From an uncultured Pseudomonadota bacterium (GTDB lineage Bacteria; Oederibacteriota; Muellerivitia; Muellerivitales; Muellerivitaceae): a stretch of 64,000 nt of DNA. Location: contig CAVYRH010000002.1 in assembly GCA_963770835.1 (NCBI GenBank), forward strand, positions 96,001 through 160,000. Direction: 5' to 3'. The notes beneath the pieces were generated by a model that made no database searches, was not told the origin of the DNA, and saw nothing but the letters and a program-made list of their open reading frames with translations. The translations under genes were made by a program, and so were the position numbers. This document shows positions 40,823 to 50,352 of this stretch, piece by piece (position 1 is the first letter of the stretch; every line of letters starts with the position of its first letter).

Positions 40823-42145
40823 TTATTCCCCACGGTCCATACGAATCAGGAGTGTTTCTTCCTGGATGAAGGGCAAGCCGTTGATCTTCTTGAGCGCATC
40901 CTGCACGTTCTTTTCAACCGCCTCATAAGTCACAATGACCACCGGAACCTTATCGCCCTTCTTTTGCTCCTTCTGGATGACCGAAGCGATGGAAATCTGG
41001 TGCTCGCCCAGGATACGGGAAATGGCCGAAAGCACGCCCACCTGGTCCAGCACCGAGAACTTCAGGTAATAACGAGATTTGATGTCGCCCATTTTTTTGA
41101 TGCGTTTGATTTGGGGGTTGTCCGACAGGAACCAGCAGTTGGAAATCTCGCCCGCCACGTTGTCGTGCACGCTCCGGCAGACGTAAATGAGGTCGCTCAT
41201 GACTGCCGAGGCTGTGGGTTTGTTGCCTGCCCCTAGCCCGTAGTACATGGTGGTTCCCACGAAATCGCCCGTTACGAGCACACCATTGTACTCGCCGTCA
41301 ACCTTAGCCAAAAGATGCTCCTGCGGGATGAGCGTGGGATTAACCCTAACCTCCAACTCGTCCCCTTCCACTTCGGCGATGGCGAAAAGCTTCACTACCC
41401 GGCCGAATTCCTCCCGGGCGAATTCGATATCCTGCAGGGAGATACGCTCGATGCCTTCCACGTAAATGTCCTCCACCTTGACCCGCTTGGAAAAGGCCAG
41501 GGAGGCCAGGATGGCCAGTTTGTGGGCCGAATCCATGCCGTTGATGTCCAGGGTCGGATCGGCCTCGGCCAAGCCCTTTTTCTGGGCCATTTGGAGGGCT
41601 TCCTTAAAACTCTTCTTTTCCTCGGTCATCTTTTGCAGGATAAAGTTGGTGGTGCCGTTGACGATTCCATAAATGGACGTGATGTTGTTGGGAGCAAGGC
41701 CGTCGTTGATAGCCTGGATAACCGGGATGCCGCCGCAAACCGCCGCCTCGAAATAAATGTCCACCTTGTGTTGGCGGGCCGTCTGGATGATTTCGTCCCA
41801 ATGAACCGAAAGGACCGCCTTGTTGGCCGTCACGATGTGCTTACCCCGGCGCATGGCGTCCAAAAGATAGGTGCGGGCGGGTTCCAGGCCTCCCATCAGT
41901 TCCAGGACGACATCGATATCCGGGTCCGTCACCAAGTCGTCGTAATTGGTAGTCAACATTCCCTCAGGCACGGTCACGTCGCGCGGTTTGGCCAAGTCCC
42001 TGACGACGATCTTCTTAAGGCGCAATTGCGCCCCGACTTTGGCTTCGATGAGGGCGCGGTTTTTCTCCAGCAGGCGGTAAACCCCCTGCCCCACGTTGCC
42101 GAAACCGATCATTCCGATCTGGATTACCGACTTGCCTTCATCCAT
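40823..42145 (-). CDS. hom: Homoserine dehydrogenase with ACT domain
   Basis: GFGNVG, VTANKA, FEAAVCGGIP, GIVNGTTNFIL, AEADP and PTASAV. Confidence 0.96.
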   Translation of the reverse strand: MDEGKSVIQIGMIGFGNVGQGVYRLLEKNRALIEAKVGAQLRLKKIVVRDLAKPRDVTVPEGMLTTNYDDLVTDPDIDVVLELMGGLEPARTYLLDAMRRGKHIVTANKAVLSVHWDEIIQTARQHKVDIYFEAAVCGGIPVIQAINDGLAPNNITSIYGIVNGTTNFILQKMTEEKKSFKEALQMAQKKGLAEADPTLDINGMDSAHKLAILASLAFSKRVKVEDIYVEGIERISLQDIEFAREEFGRVVKLFAIAEVEGDELEVRVNPTLIPQEHLLAKVDGEYNGVLVTGDFVGTTMYYGLGAGNKPTASAVMSDLIYVCRSVHDNVAGEISNCWFLSDNPQIKRIKKMGDIKSRYYLKFSVLDQVGVLSAISRILGEHQISIASVIQKEQKKGDKVPVVIVTYEAVEKNVQDALKKINGLPFIQEETLLIRMDRGE

Positions 42146-42175
42146 GACTTTCTCCGTTTTATTAAAACCTATTCA

Positions 42176-42266
42176 ACCGCCAAGACGCCAAGAAAGGCAA
42201 AAATAGAGGGCCAAGCCAAAACATTTAAATGCTTGTGTCTTTCGCTTTTCTTGGCGTCTTGGCGGT
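42176..42266. repeat. REP-like element with perfect 20-bp inverted arms
   Basis: accgccaagacgccaagaaa / tttcttggcgtcttggcggt; same family as 16171..16264. Confidence 0.8.
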
Positions 42267-42296
42267 AAAAATCGCCTTTGTTTTGGGTTCTAAATA

Positions 42297-42337
42297 GCAA
42301 AACGCCCCGCGCTTGCCTAAAAGCCGGGGCGTTTGCT
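42297..42337 (-). terminator. Terminator-like hairpin downstream of the aminotransferase
   Basis: GCAAACGCCCCG...CGGGGCGTTTTGC. Confidence 0.55.
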
Positions 42338-42353
42338 TGAAAAGTGGCTATAG

Positions 42354-42380
42354 ATTATAGGAAAGGGGGGGTGCTTTCAA
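42354..42380 (-). promoter_or_regulatory. Possible sigma70 promoter upstream of hom
   Basis: TTGAAA-15 bp-TATAAT; the spacer contains a C run that may be under-called. Confidence 0.45.
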
Positions 42381-42400
42381 GGAAAAGGCGGGTAAAAACC

Positions 42401-43579
42401 CTATTGGACCGCCGCCTTGATGCGGCTTAATCCCTCAAGAATGACCTTCTCACCGGTGGCGTAGGACATCCGCATGAAGCCTTCCGCGCCGAAGGCGATG
42501 CCGGATGTCAGGGCGACCTTGGCCTTGTCCAGCAGGAAGTCGGAAAGCTCCATAGAGTTGGAACGACCCGGCTTGAAGATCCCCTTGACGTTGGGAAACA
42601 CATAAAAGGCCCCCGCCGGCTTCAGGCATTTGACGCCGGGGATGGCGTTCAAGCCGTCTACGATCATATCCCGCCGTTTTTGGAATACCGAAACTATCTT
42701 CTGGATTTCCGAATCAGGCAGGGCCAAAGCGGCGACCCCGGCTTTCTGGGAAATGGAAGAAGCATGGGAAGTCGTGCTGCTTTGGAAATCGGTGATGACT
42801 TTCATAATGTTCGAGGGTCCAGCCGCATACCCCAGCCGCCAACCCGTCATGGCATAGGTCTTGGACATGCCGTTGACGAGGACAGTCTGGGCCGCCACTT
42901 CCTTGGAGAGAGCCGGGAAGCAAACGTGTTCTTCCCCATAAATCAGTTTGCTGTAAATTTCGTCCGAAACCACCCAAAGCTTGTGTTTTAAGACCAGCTC
43001 GGCGATACCTTCCATGGCCTTTCGTCCCACTACCGCGCCGGTGGGATTGCTGGGGGAATTCAGGATTAGCCCCTTTGTCTTGGATGTGATCTTGGCCTTC
43101 AAGGCTGAGGGCGTCAGCTTGAACTCATCGGCTTCGGAGCATTCCACTGCGACCGGAATCCCTCCCGCGAACTTCACTTGTTCCGGATAACTGACCCAAT
43201 AGGGGGCCGGGACCAAAACCTCGTCTCCTGGGTTGATCAAGGCCAAAAAAGCGTTATAAAGGGAATGCTTGGCCCCGCTGGAAACCACGATGTCGGTCGG
43301 TTGATACTGGACCTTGTATTGCTTTTCAAGGTACTGACTAATGGCCTTGCGCAATTCGAGGGTCCCGGCTACAGCTGTGTATTTATGATGGCCTTCGTCA
43401 ATGGCCTTCTTGGCTGCCTCGCAGATGGGCGCGGGTGTGTTAAAATCGGGCTCCCCAGCACCGAAGTTGAGGACGTCCACTCCCTCGGTTTGAAGCTTCT
43501 TGGCCTTCGCATCGATAGCCAGTGTCATCGACGGGGCGATTTGTTTCATGCGTTCAGAGATGTCCATTTTCCACTCCAA
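42401..43579 (-). CDS. Class I PLP aminotransferase (aspartate aminotransferase-like)
   Basis: GAGEPDFNTP, GAKHSL, PYWVSY, NSPSNPTG, SDEIY and SKTYAMTGWRLG. Confidence 0.92.
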   Translation of the reverse strand: MEWKMDISERMKQIAPSMTLAIDAKAKKLQTEGVDVLNFGAGEPDFNTPAPICEAAKKAIDEGHHKYTAVAGTLELRKAISQYLEKQYKVQYQPTDIVVSSGAKHSLYNAFLALINPGDEVLVPAPYWVSYPEQVKFAGGIPVAVECSEADEFKLTPSALKAKITSKTKGLILNSPSNPTGAVVGRKAMEGIAELVLKHKLWVVSDEIYSKLIYGEEHVCFPALSKEVAAQTVLVNGMSKTYAMTGWRLGYAAGPSNIMKVITDFQSSTTSHASSISQKAGVAALALPDSEIQKIVSVFQKRRDMIVDGLNAIPGVKCLKPAGAFYVFPNVKGIFKPGRSNSMELSDFLLDKAKVALTSGIAFGAEGFMRMSYATGEKVILEGLSRIKAAVQ

Positions 43580-43622
43580 TTTTCAGCTTTTGGCCTTCAG
43601 TCAAGATTCCGGCAACCCCAAT

Positions 43623-43814
43623 CTAATCAATTGCCCGAAAAACGGATGATTTCAACAGAACAATAATAGCCGGTTTCCCATTAGGCGCAACGAACTCAAC
43701 CTCGTATCCAGCGCTTTTCGTATGAACCGTCACAATCGTACCAACAGCACCACGATTCAAATGATGCTGGGGTAATGCTTTTTTTAAGATAACCATATCC
43801 AATTCCCTAAACAT
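43623..43814 (-). CDS. DUF4926 domain protein
   Basis: ELDMVIL..ALP...L.RGAVGTIV.V...YEVEFV. Confidence 0.8.
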   Translation of the reverse strand: MFRELDMVILKKALPQHHLNRGAVGTIVTVHTKSAGYEVEFVAPNGKPAIIVLLKSSVFRAID

Positions 43815-43843
43815 TCAACCTCCCAAATTTAAGAATCACTGTC

Positions 43844-45034
43844 TTAGGAAAACAACTTCTTTATATTCCTCAAGGCCTGGCGGATACGATCCTTGTTCTC
43901 GACAAGGGCTATGCGCACATAACCCTCGCCCATGCTTCCGAAGCCGGAACCGGGCGAAATCGACACCGCCGCTTCCTTCAACAACATCATCGAAAAATCC
44001 AGCGAGTTCATCTTGGCGTAGCGCTGGGGTGTCTTCGCCCAAAGGTACATGGCGGCCTTGGGTTTATCGACGGGCCAGCCCATCTTGTTCATTCCATCCG
44101 CCATGATGTCCCGGCGTTCCTGGTAAACCGCCGCCAGCTTCCGCAAATTTTCCTCGGGACTGTCCAGGGCGGTGATGGCCGCCACCTGGATGGGTGTGAA
44201 AATTCCATAATCCATATAGCTTTTGATCTTCGCCAAGGAGGCGATGACTTTCGGGTTCCCCGCGAGGAATCCTACCCTCCATCCCGCCATGTTATAAGAT
44301 TTGGAAAGGGTGAAGGATTCCACGCCAATGTCTTTGGCGCCGGGAGTCGCCAAAAAACTCGGGGATTTATAGCCGTCGAAAACGATGTCGGCATAGGCCA
44401 GGTCGTGCACCACCAACACGTTGTTTTTCTTGGCCCACTTGACGATTTCCTTGAAAAACTCCGCTTCGACGCAAACCGTCGTGGGGTTGTGAGGGAAATT
44501 GATGATCAGTATTTTGGGTTTGGGACGGGCTTTCGAATAGGCCTTGCCCAGGTTTCTCAGGAAAGCCTCGGGCCCATCCAGGATGGAAATGGGAACCAGG
44601 GTTCCACCGGCGATGATGACGCTGTAATGATGGATGGGATAGGTGGGCGTGGGGGTGAGAACCTTGTCTCCCCGGTTGATGACCGCCAGCCCCAAATGGG
44701 CCAAGCCCTCTTTGGAGCCGATGGCCGATACGGCCTCGGTGTAGGGGTTGATCGAGACGCCGTACTTGCGGTCGTACCAGCGCGAAACAGCCTTCAGGAA
44801 GGCCGGGATTCCCTTGGAGGTGGAATAGCGGTGGGATTTCTTGTCCCTTACCACTTCGATCAGCTTATCCACGATAGGCTGCGGCGTGGGGTTGTCGGGG
44901 TTACCCATGCTGAAGTCGATGACGTCTTCCCCTTTATGGCGCGCGGCCAGTTTTTCCGCGTTCAGGCGCGCGAATAGATAGGGTGGGAATTTTTTAATAA
45001 GATTCGCTTCTGTTTGTAACGGCACTTTGAACAC
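43844..45034 (-). CDS. Class I/II aminotransferase, AlaC/LL-DAP-AT-like
   Basis: PPYLFA, MGNPD, HRYSTSKG, GSKEGL, NFPHNPT, SKSYNMAGWRVG and KSYMDYG. Confidence 0.9.
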   Translation of the reverse strand: MFKVPLQTEANLIKKFPPYLFARLNAEKLAARHKGEDVIDFSMGNPDNPTPQPIVDKLIEVVRDKKSHRYSTSKGIPAFLKAVSRWYDRKYGVSINPYTEAVSAIGSKEGLAHLGLAVINRGDKVLTPTPTYPIHHYSVIIAGGTLVPISILDGPEAFLRNLGKAYSKARPKPKILIINFPHNPTTVCVEAEFFKEIVKWAKKNNVLVVHDLAYADIVFDGYKSPSFLATPGAKDIGVESFTLSKSYNMAGWRVGFLAGNPKVIASLAKIKSYMDYGIFTPIQVAAITALDSPEENLRKLAAVYQERRDIMADGMNKMGWPVDKPKAAMYLWAKTPQRYAKMNSLDFSMMLLKEAAVSISPGSGFGSMGEGYVRIALVENKDRIRQALRNIKKLFS

Positions 45035-45036
45035 CT

Positions 45037-45108
45037 TAATTTTAAATTTTTAATTTTGAATTCTAAATTAAAAATCTCAACAATTTAAAATTCAAAATTC
45101 ATAACTAA
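45037..45108. repeat. AT-rich heptad inverted repeat
   Basis: aattttaaatttttaattttgaattctaaatt ... aatttaaaattcaaaattcataact. Confidence 0.65.
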
Positions 45109-45111
45109 GAA

Positions 45112-46029
45112 TTAGATCCTCACCTTCGGGATGCTCGCGAAACGGTGGTATTCGGCCGCCCGTTTTTTGAGTTTAGCTTTGTTCAGGGCCGCGATGGTCT
45201 TGGTACCGAACCCCTGGACCGTAAAAGAAGCCACCAGGTTACCCGCAATGACAGCCTGTTTCAGTATCTCCGGCGTCAGCTTGCCGTATCTAGCCACGTA
45301 GCCGATAAAGGCCCCCGCGAAAGTATCCCCTGCTCCTGTGGGGTCCACCACGTAATCCAGCGGCACCGCGGGCGAAAGGAAGGTCCAACCCTGGCCAAAG
45401 AGCATGGCACCATGCTCCCCCTTCTTTACAATAACGGTTTTGGGCCCCATTTTCTGCAGGGCGCGGGCGCCCTTCATCAAGTGCATTTCACCCGTCAAAA
45501 GGCGAATTTCCTGGTCGTTCACCACCACCAAATCGGTCTTTTTCAATACCTTTAAAAGGGCCGGCTTGGTGATGTTGATCCAAAGGTCCCGGGTATCCAA
45601 AACCACGAATTTGGGTTTCACCATCTGATTCAAGACGTTCATCTGCAAATCGGGGTGGATGGCCGCCAAAAAAACGAAGGGAATATTGCGGGAACGGCCC
45701 GTTATGCGGGGGTCAAACCGCTCAAAAACGCCAAGGTCGATCTTGACCGTATGGGCCACCGCCATATCGTTTTCGTAATAGCCCTTCCAATAGAAGGTTT
45801 TTCCCTTTTCCTGGGTGACCAGGTCCGTATTGATGCAATGGCGTTTGATCATCGCCATGTCCACATCCTTGAAGTCGTTCCCCACCACGCCCACCATTTT
45901 GACGGACGCGAAAAGCGAGGCGGCCAGGCTGGAATAAGTGGCGGCGCCCCCCAAAATCCGTTCAACGGAACCATAGGGAGTTTTCAGGCCGTCATAGGCC
46001 ACGGAACCAACGATTAAAACTTCGGACAT
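45112..46029 (-). CDS. PfkB-family sugar/nucleoside kinase
   Basis: VGSVAYD, LGGAATY, KKGEHG and DPTGAGDTFAG. Confidence 0.92.
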   Translation of the reverse strand: MSEVLIVGSVAYDGLKTPYGSVERILGGAATYSSLAASLFASVKMVGVVGNDFKDVDMAMIKRHCINTDLVTQEKGKTFYWKGYYENDMAVAHTVKIDLGVFERFDPRITGRSRNIPFVFLAAIHPDLQMNVLNQMVKPKFVVLDTRDLWINITKPALLKVLKKTDLVVVNDQEIRLLTGEMHLMKGARALQKMGPKTVIVKKGEHGAMLFGQGWTFLSPAVPLDYVVDPTGAGDTFAGAFIGYVARYGKLTPEILKQAVIAGNLVASFTVQGFGTKTIAALNKAKLKKRAAEYHRFASIPKVRI

Positions 46030-46114
46030 TTTTTACCTCTTGAAATTTAATTGCGGCCATTGCGAGGAATGCTCCCTGAATAGGGGCGATTATGACGAAA
46101 CAGCCTAAATCTAA

Positions 46115-46552
46115 TTAAGAATTTCCATCAAACAAAACGTACTTCCGGTTCGCGCAAAAGACGATAAACACCAAAACCGCCAGGAGAGTGTCCCCTGTGA
46201 GCCTCAGGATCAAGGGATTGTCCTCGTGCTTGTTGCACTTCACCCTCAATCCATGGGCCGTTTCGCCCACGAAGTAATAGTGTTTTTCCGGGTCGTAGGA
46301 AAGAGGCTTTAAAAAGCCAGCTTGAACCAACGCATTCTCGTCGATATCTTCCGTAACGGGCTTGGAAGGGTTGGCCGCATCCCATTCGTCCACGGCCTTC
46401 TGGAGGGTGATCACGCGGGCATAGCAATCCAACTCATCACGGGGGATCAAAACCTGGCGCAAGATGTAGACCGCCGCGAAGGTGGCCACCCAGCAAACCG
46501 CGTAAATCGGCAAGGCGCTTTTCCAGGTCAGTTTTTTGGGTTTGGAATCCAT
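46115..46552 (-). CDS. Hypothetical two-TM protein with pilin-like periplasmic domain
   Basis: Two hydrophobic ends; C..R...LQKAV..W...LV..GFL...KC..H pattern. Confidence 0.6.
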   Translation of the reverse strand: MDSKPKKLTWKSALPIYAVCWVATFAAVYILRQVLIPRDELDCYARVITLQKAVDEWDAANPSKPVTEDIDENALVQAGFLKPLSYDPEKHYYFVGETAHGLRVKCNKHEDNPLILRLTGDTLLAVLVFIVFCANRKYVLFDGNS

Positions 46553-46611
46553 TTTTTCCTCGAAAATTTGAAAAAGTATAGCAAGGAAAATGTGGTTTAG
46601 CTGAAAAACCT

Positions 46612-47739
46612 TTACCCCCTTCCCGTCACCAAGACCGGCCGGCGGTTGGCGTAGGAAATGTTCAACAGGATGCCCACAGCCGCGTAGCTAAAGACGAGGG
46701 AGGAACCGCCGTAGCTGATGAAAGGAAGGGTGAGGCCGGTGACGGGCAGGAGACCCACCGTCATGCCGACGTTGATGATGATCTGCACCGCGAACATGGA
46801 GGCAATCCCCAAGGCCAACAACGATCCCTCCCTGTCCCTCGCCTTCCGGGAAATTTCAAAGGACCTTTGGATCATAAAGTAATAAAGCACCAGGATGATG
46901 ACGCAACCCACGAAACCCCATTCCTCTCCCACAACCGAGAAAATAAAATCCGTATGGTGTTCCGGGATGAAAGAGAGCTGGGTCTGGGTTCCCTGCATGT
47001 AACCCTTGCCCGAAATGCCGCCCGACCCGATGGCAATCACGGACTGAATGATGTTGTACCCCGCGCCTAAAGGGTCGTCCTGGGGATTCACGAAAACTTC
47101 CAGTCTTTCCCGTTGGTAATCCTTCAGAAAATGCCAAACCAAAGGGCAGGAAGCCAGCCCTATGACCAACAGCCAGGTCAGCCATTTGAAAGGGATTCCA
47201 CCCACGTACATGAGGATGATGGAAACCGGCACCAAAAGAAGCGCCGAACCCAAGTCGGGTTGTTTCAGGATCAGGATCAAGGGAATTCCCAACAAGGCCA
47301 TCAGTTGCAAAAACCTTCCCAGGAAAAAGAGCTCAATAGTTTTACTTCCGATGTAACGGGCAAGGATCAAAAGAACCGACAATTTTGCCAATTCGGATGG
47401 TTGATAGGAAAGAATCCCCAGTTTGATCCATCGCCTGGCGCCGTTGGTTTCGTCCCCGATCACTAAAACCGCCAGGAGGGAAAGAATGGAAACCCAATAA
47501 AAAATATAGGAAGCCTCGATCCAAAACCGGTAATCAATCTTGGAAAAGAGCCACATTCCGAAGAGGGAGATAAAAAACCAGAACAACTGTTTCTTCCAAA
47601 GCTGGGAAATATCGGCGTTATGCGAAGTGGCGGAAAAAACCACGAAAATGCCGATGGCTGACAGGGCCAGGACCTCTGTCACCAGGGCCCAGTCCATGCC
47701 TTTCAAGTAGGTTTTAATTGCTCCGGGCATAGCAGACAC
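46612..47739 (-). CDS. rodA: Rod shape-determining protein RodA
   Basis: GARRWI, QPSELAK, QPDLGS, GAGYNIIQS, PEHHTDFIF and LPFISYGGSS. Confidence 0.96.
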   Translation of the reverse strand: MSAMPGAIKTYLKGMDWALVTEVLALSAIGIFVVFSATSHNADISQLWKKQLFWFFISLFGMWLFSKIDYRFWIEASYIFYWVSILSLLAVLVIGDETNGARRWIKLGILSYQPSELAKLSVLLILARYIGSKTIELFFLGRFLQLMALLGIPLILILKQPDLGSALLLVPVSIILMYVGGIPFKWLTWLLVIGLASCPLVWHFLKDYQRERLEVFVNPQDDPLGAGYNIIQSVIAIGSGGISGKGYMQGTQTQLSFIPEHHTDFIFSVVGEEWGFVGCVIILVLYYFMIQRSFEISRKARDREGSLLALGIASMFAVQIIINVGMTVGLLPVTGLTLPFISYGGSSLVFSYAAVGILLNISYANRRPVLVTGRG

Positions 47740-47794
47740 CTCTCAAGACTTTCAAAAATTCGCCTTTACAATAATAGCGCAAACAAGTTTTTCA

Positions 47795-49660
47795 TTAGGG
47801 AGCGACCCCCGTAACAACCGTGGGTGCGGGAACCGGAGTTCCGGAAAACGTTCCAGGCGTGGGGGTTTCCCAGGGTGTGACTTCCTGGCCCAATTCCAGC
47901 TCCATCAGCCTCTTGGCGATGGGCGCCGCCACGATACCGCCTTCCCCGCCGTTTTCCACCATCACCAAGGCCGCCACCTTGGGTTCTTCTGCGGGGGCAT
48001 AACACATGAACCACCCGTGATCGTCTCCAAAGGGATTCTCGGCGCTCCCGGTCTTACCGGCAACCCGGACCCCCGGTATCCGGGCCTTTTTTCCCGTTCC
48101 GTGGGGTGAACTGACCACCTTTTCCAGGGTGGACTTGAGAAAAGCCAGGTCCTTGGGGACAAATTCCGCCTCCCGCAGTACCTCGGGCGGGTTCTCGTAA
48201 ACGGTCCTCTCCGTGTTTCGGTCCACGACCCGGTACATGAGATGGGGTCGGAAAATCTTTCCGTCCATAGCGATACAACTGATGACATCCAGCATCTGGA
48301 TGGGGGTCGTCAAAAGATAGCCCTGCCCAAAGCTCATCTGCATTGTATTGCCGGGGAACCAAGGCATATGTTGGGTGCTCTCCTTCCAACGGGGATTAGG
48401 GACAAGTCCCGATAATTCCGAATCCAAATCAATTTGCGTGCGACTCCCCAGGCCGAACCGCCGGGCCACACGGTATATCTTATCCACCTTGACCAGAAGC
48501 CCGACCTGGCAGAAAAAGATGTCGCAGGATTCAATGATAGCCCTCTCGAGGTTGACCCAGCCGTGTCCCGCGTGGTTGTGGCAGCGGTAGGGTGTGGTCT
48601 TGTACCAGAAAATCCCGGTGCAAAGGAAAACCTTGCTCAAGTCGATCACGTTGTCCTCCAGGGCCGCCAGGGCCGTAATCGGCTTGAAGATGGAACCCGG
48701 CGGATACTGGCCCTGGATGGCCCGGTCCTGCAGCGGATGGAGCTTATCCTTCATTAAGGCGTTCCAGTCCTTGTAGGAAATGCCGCTCACGAAGTCGTTG
48801 GGGTCGAAGTTGGGGCGGCTGACCAGGGCCAGGATTTCCCCATTTTGGGGGTTGGTGACGATAATGGACCCGACTTGGTCTCCCATGAGGTCCTCCGCCA
48901 GTTTTTGGAGCTTCCAGTCGATGGAAAGTTTGACGGTCTGGCCCTGGAGAGGTTTCCGGTAGGCCAAAGTTCGGCGCTGGACGCCCGATGCGTCCACCTC
49001 CACTTCCACTCCCCCGTTTTCCCCCCGGAGAATTTGGTCATAAGTCTTCTCCACGCCCATTTTCCCAATTAAGTCGCCCTCCGAATAACCATTGTCCTTA
49101 AGTCGGGTGAGTTCGTCCTCGTTGATTTCTCCGATATAACCGAGAACATGGGAAGCCAAATCACCCTTGGGGTAATACCGTTCAGGCTCCATTTGAATAT
49201 AGACCCCGGGCAGGTGGACACGGTTTTCCTCGATCTGGGCGACCAGATCCGGGTCCAAGTGGGATTGAAGGCGAATGGGTTCAAACTTCCGGCGCTGGCG
49301 CCGACTTTCAACAAGGCTCTCCAACGACGATAAAGGCTCCCCCAGGATTTGGCTTAACCGCACCAGGGAAGAGCCATAGGCCTTCATATCTGCCGGGACT
49401 AGAAATAATGAATAAGTGGGCACATTCGTTGCCAAAACTTCGTTGTTGCGGTCAGTGATAATGCCACGGGGAGCCCTTTGAGGGATCAAGCGGAGACTGT
49501 TGGTGTCCGAAAGGCTTCGATAAAAAGGGTAATTCAGGATTTGAAGGTAAAAAAGTTTCAAGAAAATACCGGCAAAGGCGAGCGTCACCAGGCCTAAGAG
49601 AAATCCCATCTTTTTTTCGGGGGAACCGCCGAACCTGCCCCGTGGAAACTTTAAAGCCAC
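47795..49660 (-). CDS. mrdA: Penicillin-binding protein 2
   Basis: APRGIITDRN, YPPGSIFK (SxxK), SCD (variant SxN) and KTG. Confidence 0.95.
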   Translation of the reverse strand: MALKFPRGRFGGSPEKKMGFLLGLVTLAFAGIFLKLFYLQILNYPFYRSLSDTNSLRLIPQRAPRGIITDRNNEVLATNVPTYSLFLVPADMKAYGSSLVRLSQILGEPLSSLESLVESRRQRRKFEPIRLQSHLDPDLVAQIEENRVHLPGVYIQMEPERYYPKGDLASHVLGYIGEINEDELTRLKDNGYSEGDLIGKMGVEKTYDQILRGENGGVEVEVDASGVQRRTLAYRKPLQGQTVKLSIDWKLQKLAEDLMGDQVGSIIVTNPQNGEILALVSRPNFDPNDFVSGISYKDWNALMKDKLHPLQDRAIQGQYPPGSIFKPITALAALEDNVIDLSKVFLCTGIFWYKTTPYRCHNHAGHGWVNLERAIIESCDIFFCQVGLLVKVDKIYRVARRFGLGSRTQIDLDSELSGLVPNPRWKESTQHMPWFPGNTMQMSFGQGYLLTTPIQMLDVISCIAMDGKIFRPHLMYRVVDRNTERTVYENPPEVLREAEFVPKDLAFLKSTLEKVVSSPHGTGKKARIPGVRVAGKTGSAENPFGDDHGWFMCYAPAEEPKVAALVMVENGGEGGIVAAPIAKRLMELELGQEVTPWETPTPGTFSGTPVPAPTVVTGVAP

Positions 49661-49684
49661 TGACCACTCCTAAAAAACAGTCGT

Positions 49685-49759
49685 GAATTTTCAATTATGA
49701 ATGTTGAATTATAAATGTCGAAATTTTCACTTCGTGAAAATAACCTGAATTCAAAATTG
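49685..49759. repeat. AT-rich heptad inverted repeat
   Basis: gaattttcaattatgaatgttgaattataaatgtcgaa ... gaattcaaaatt, with an inner stem attttcac/gtgaaaat. Confidence 0.65.
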
Positions 49760-49763
49760 CCTT

Positions 49764-50246
49764 TCAAGCCGTTGCCGGGTCAAACCGCCGTTTCCGGAAT
49801 CGCACCACGAAGAAACAAACGACAGACCCCATGACGGTTGTCGTCAAAAGGGTTTTTAAGACAATCCCAAAAGCATCCACGAAAGACGGGGAGGTTCCAT
49901 CCCATTTCAGCAAAATCCAGATAAAAACTTGATGAAACATCGTGGCGAAAAAAATCAGGAACGTTTGCGTTAGAACCCTCTCACGGTAAATATGTTTCTT
50001 TAATAATGAGGCCAGAATTCCCGTAAGGGTTTTGGCGATAGTGTTGGGGCCAATCCAACTAGACGACAAAAGGTCCTGAAGAAGGCCCAATATAAACCCC
50101 CATCCGGCGGCTTTCGGAGTGTCGGTTCTCAAACCCACGAGGACGACAAAAAGGAGGGGCAAATCAATTCCCCAGGAGGCTACGCCCGGAAGCTGCTGGA
50201 TAAAAAAAAGGGCTAAAATCCAAATAATTTCTCTCGGAATTCTCAT
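49764..50246 (-). CDS. mreD: Rod shape-determining protein MreD
   Basis: Hydrophobic, GFILGLLQD; lies between mreC and mrdA. Confidence 0.88.
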   Translation of the reverse strand: MRIPREIIWILALFFIQQLPGVASWGIDLPLLFVVLVGLRTDTPKAAGWGFILGLLQDLLSSSWIGPNTIAKTLTGILASLLKKHIYRERVLTQTFLIFFATMFHQVFIWILLKWDGTSPSFVDAFGIVLKTLLTTTVMGSVVCFFVVRFRKRRFDPATA

Positions 50247-50352
50247 TGCTTTGGGTTCTCTGCTTCTTTAAAACCGCGGGGGACCATGGGAAAAAGGTCG
50301 CGCTTCACCGGATCAAGGCTGCTCGCGGGACCAATGGCTTCTCCCGATGTCC

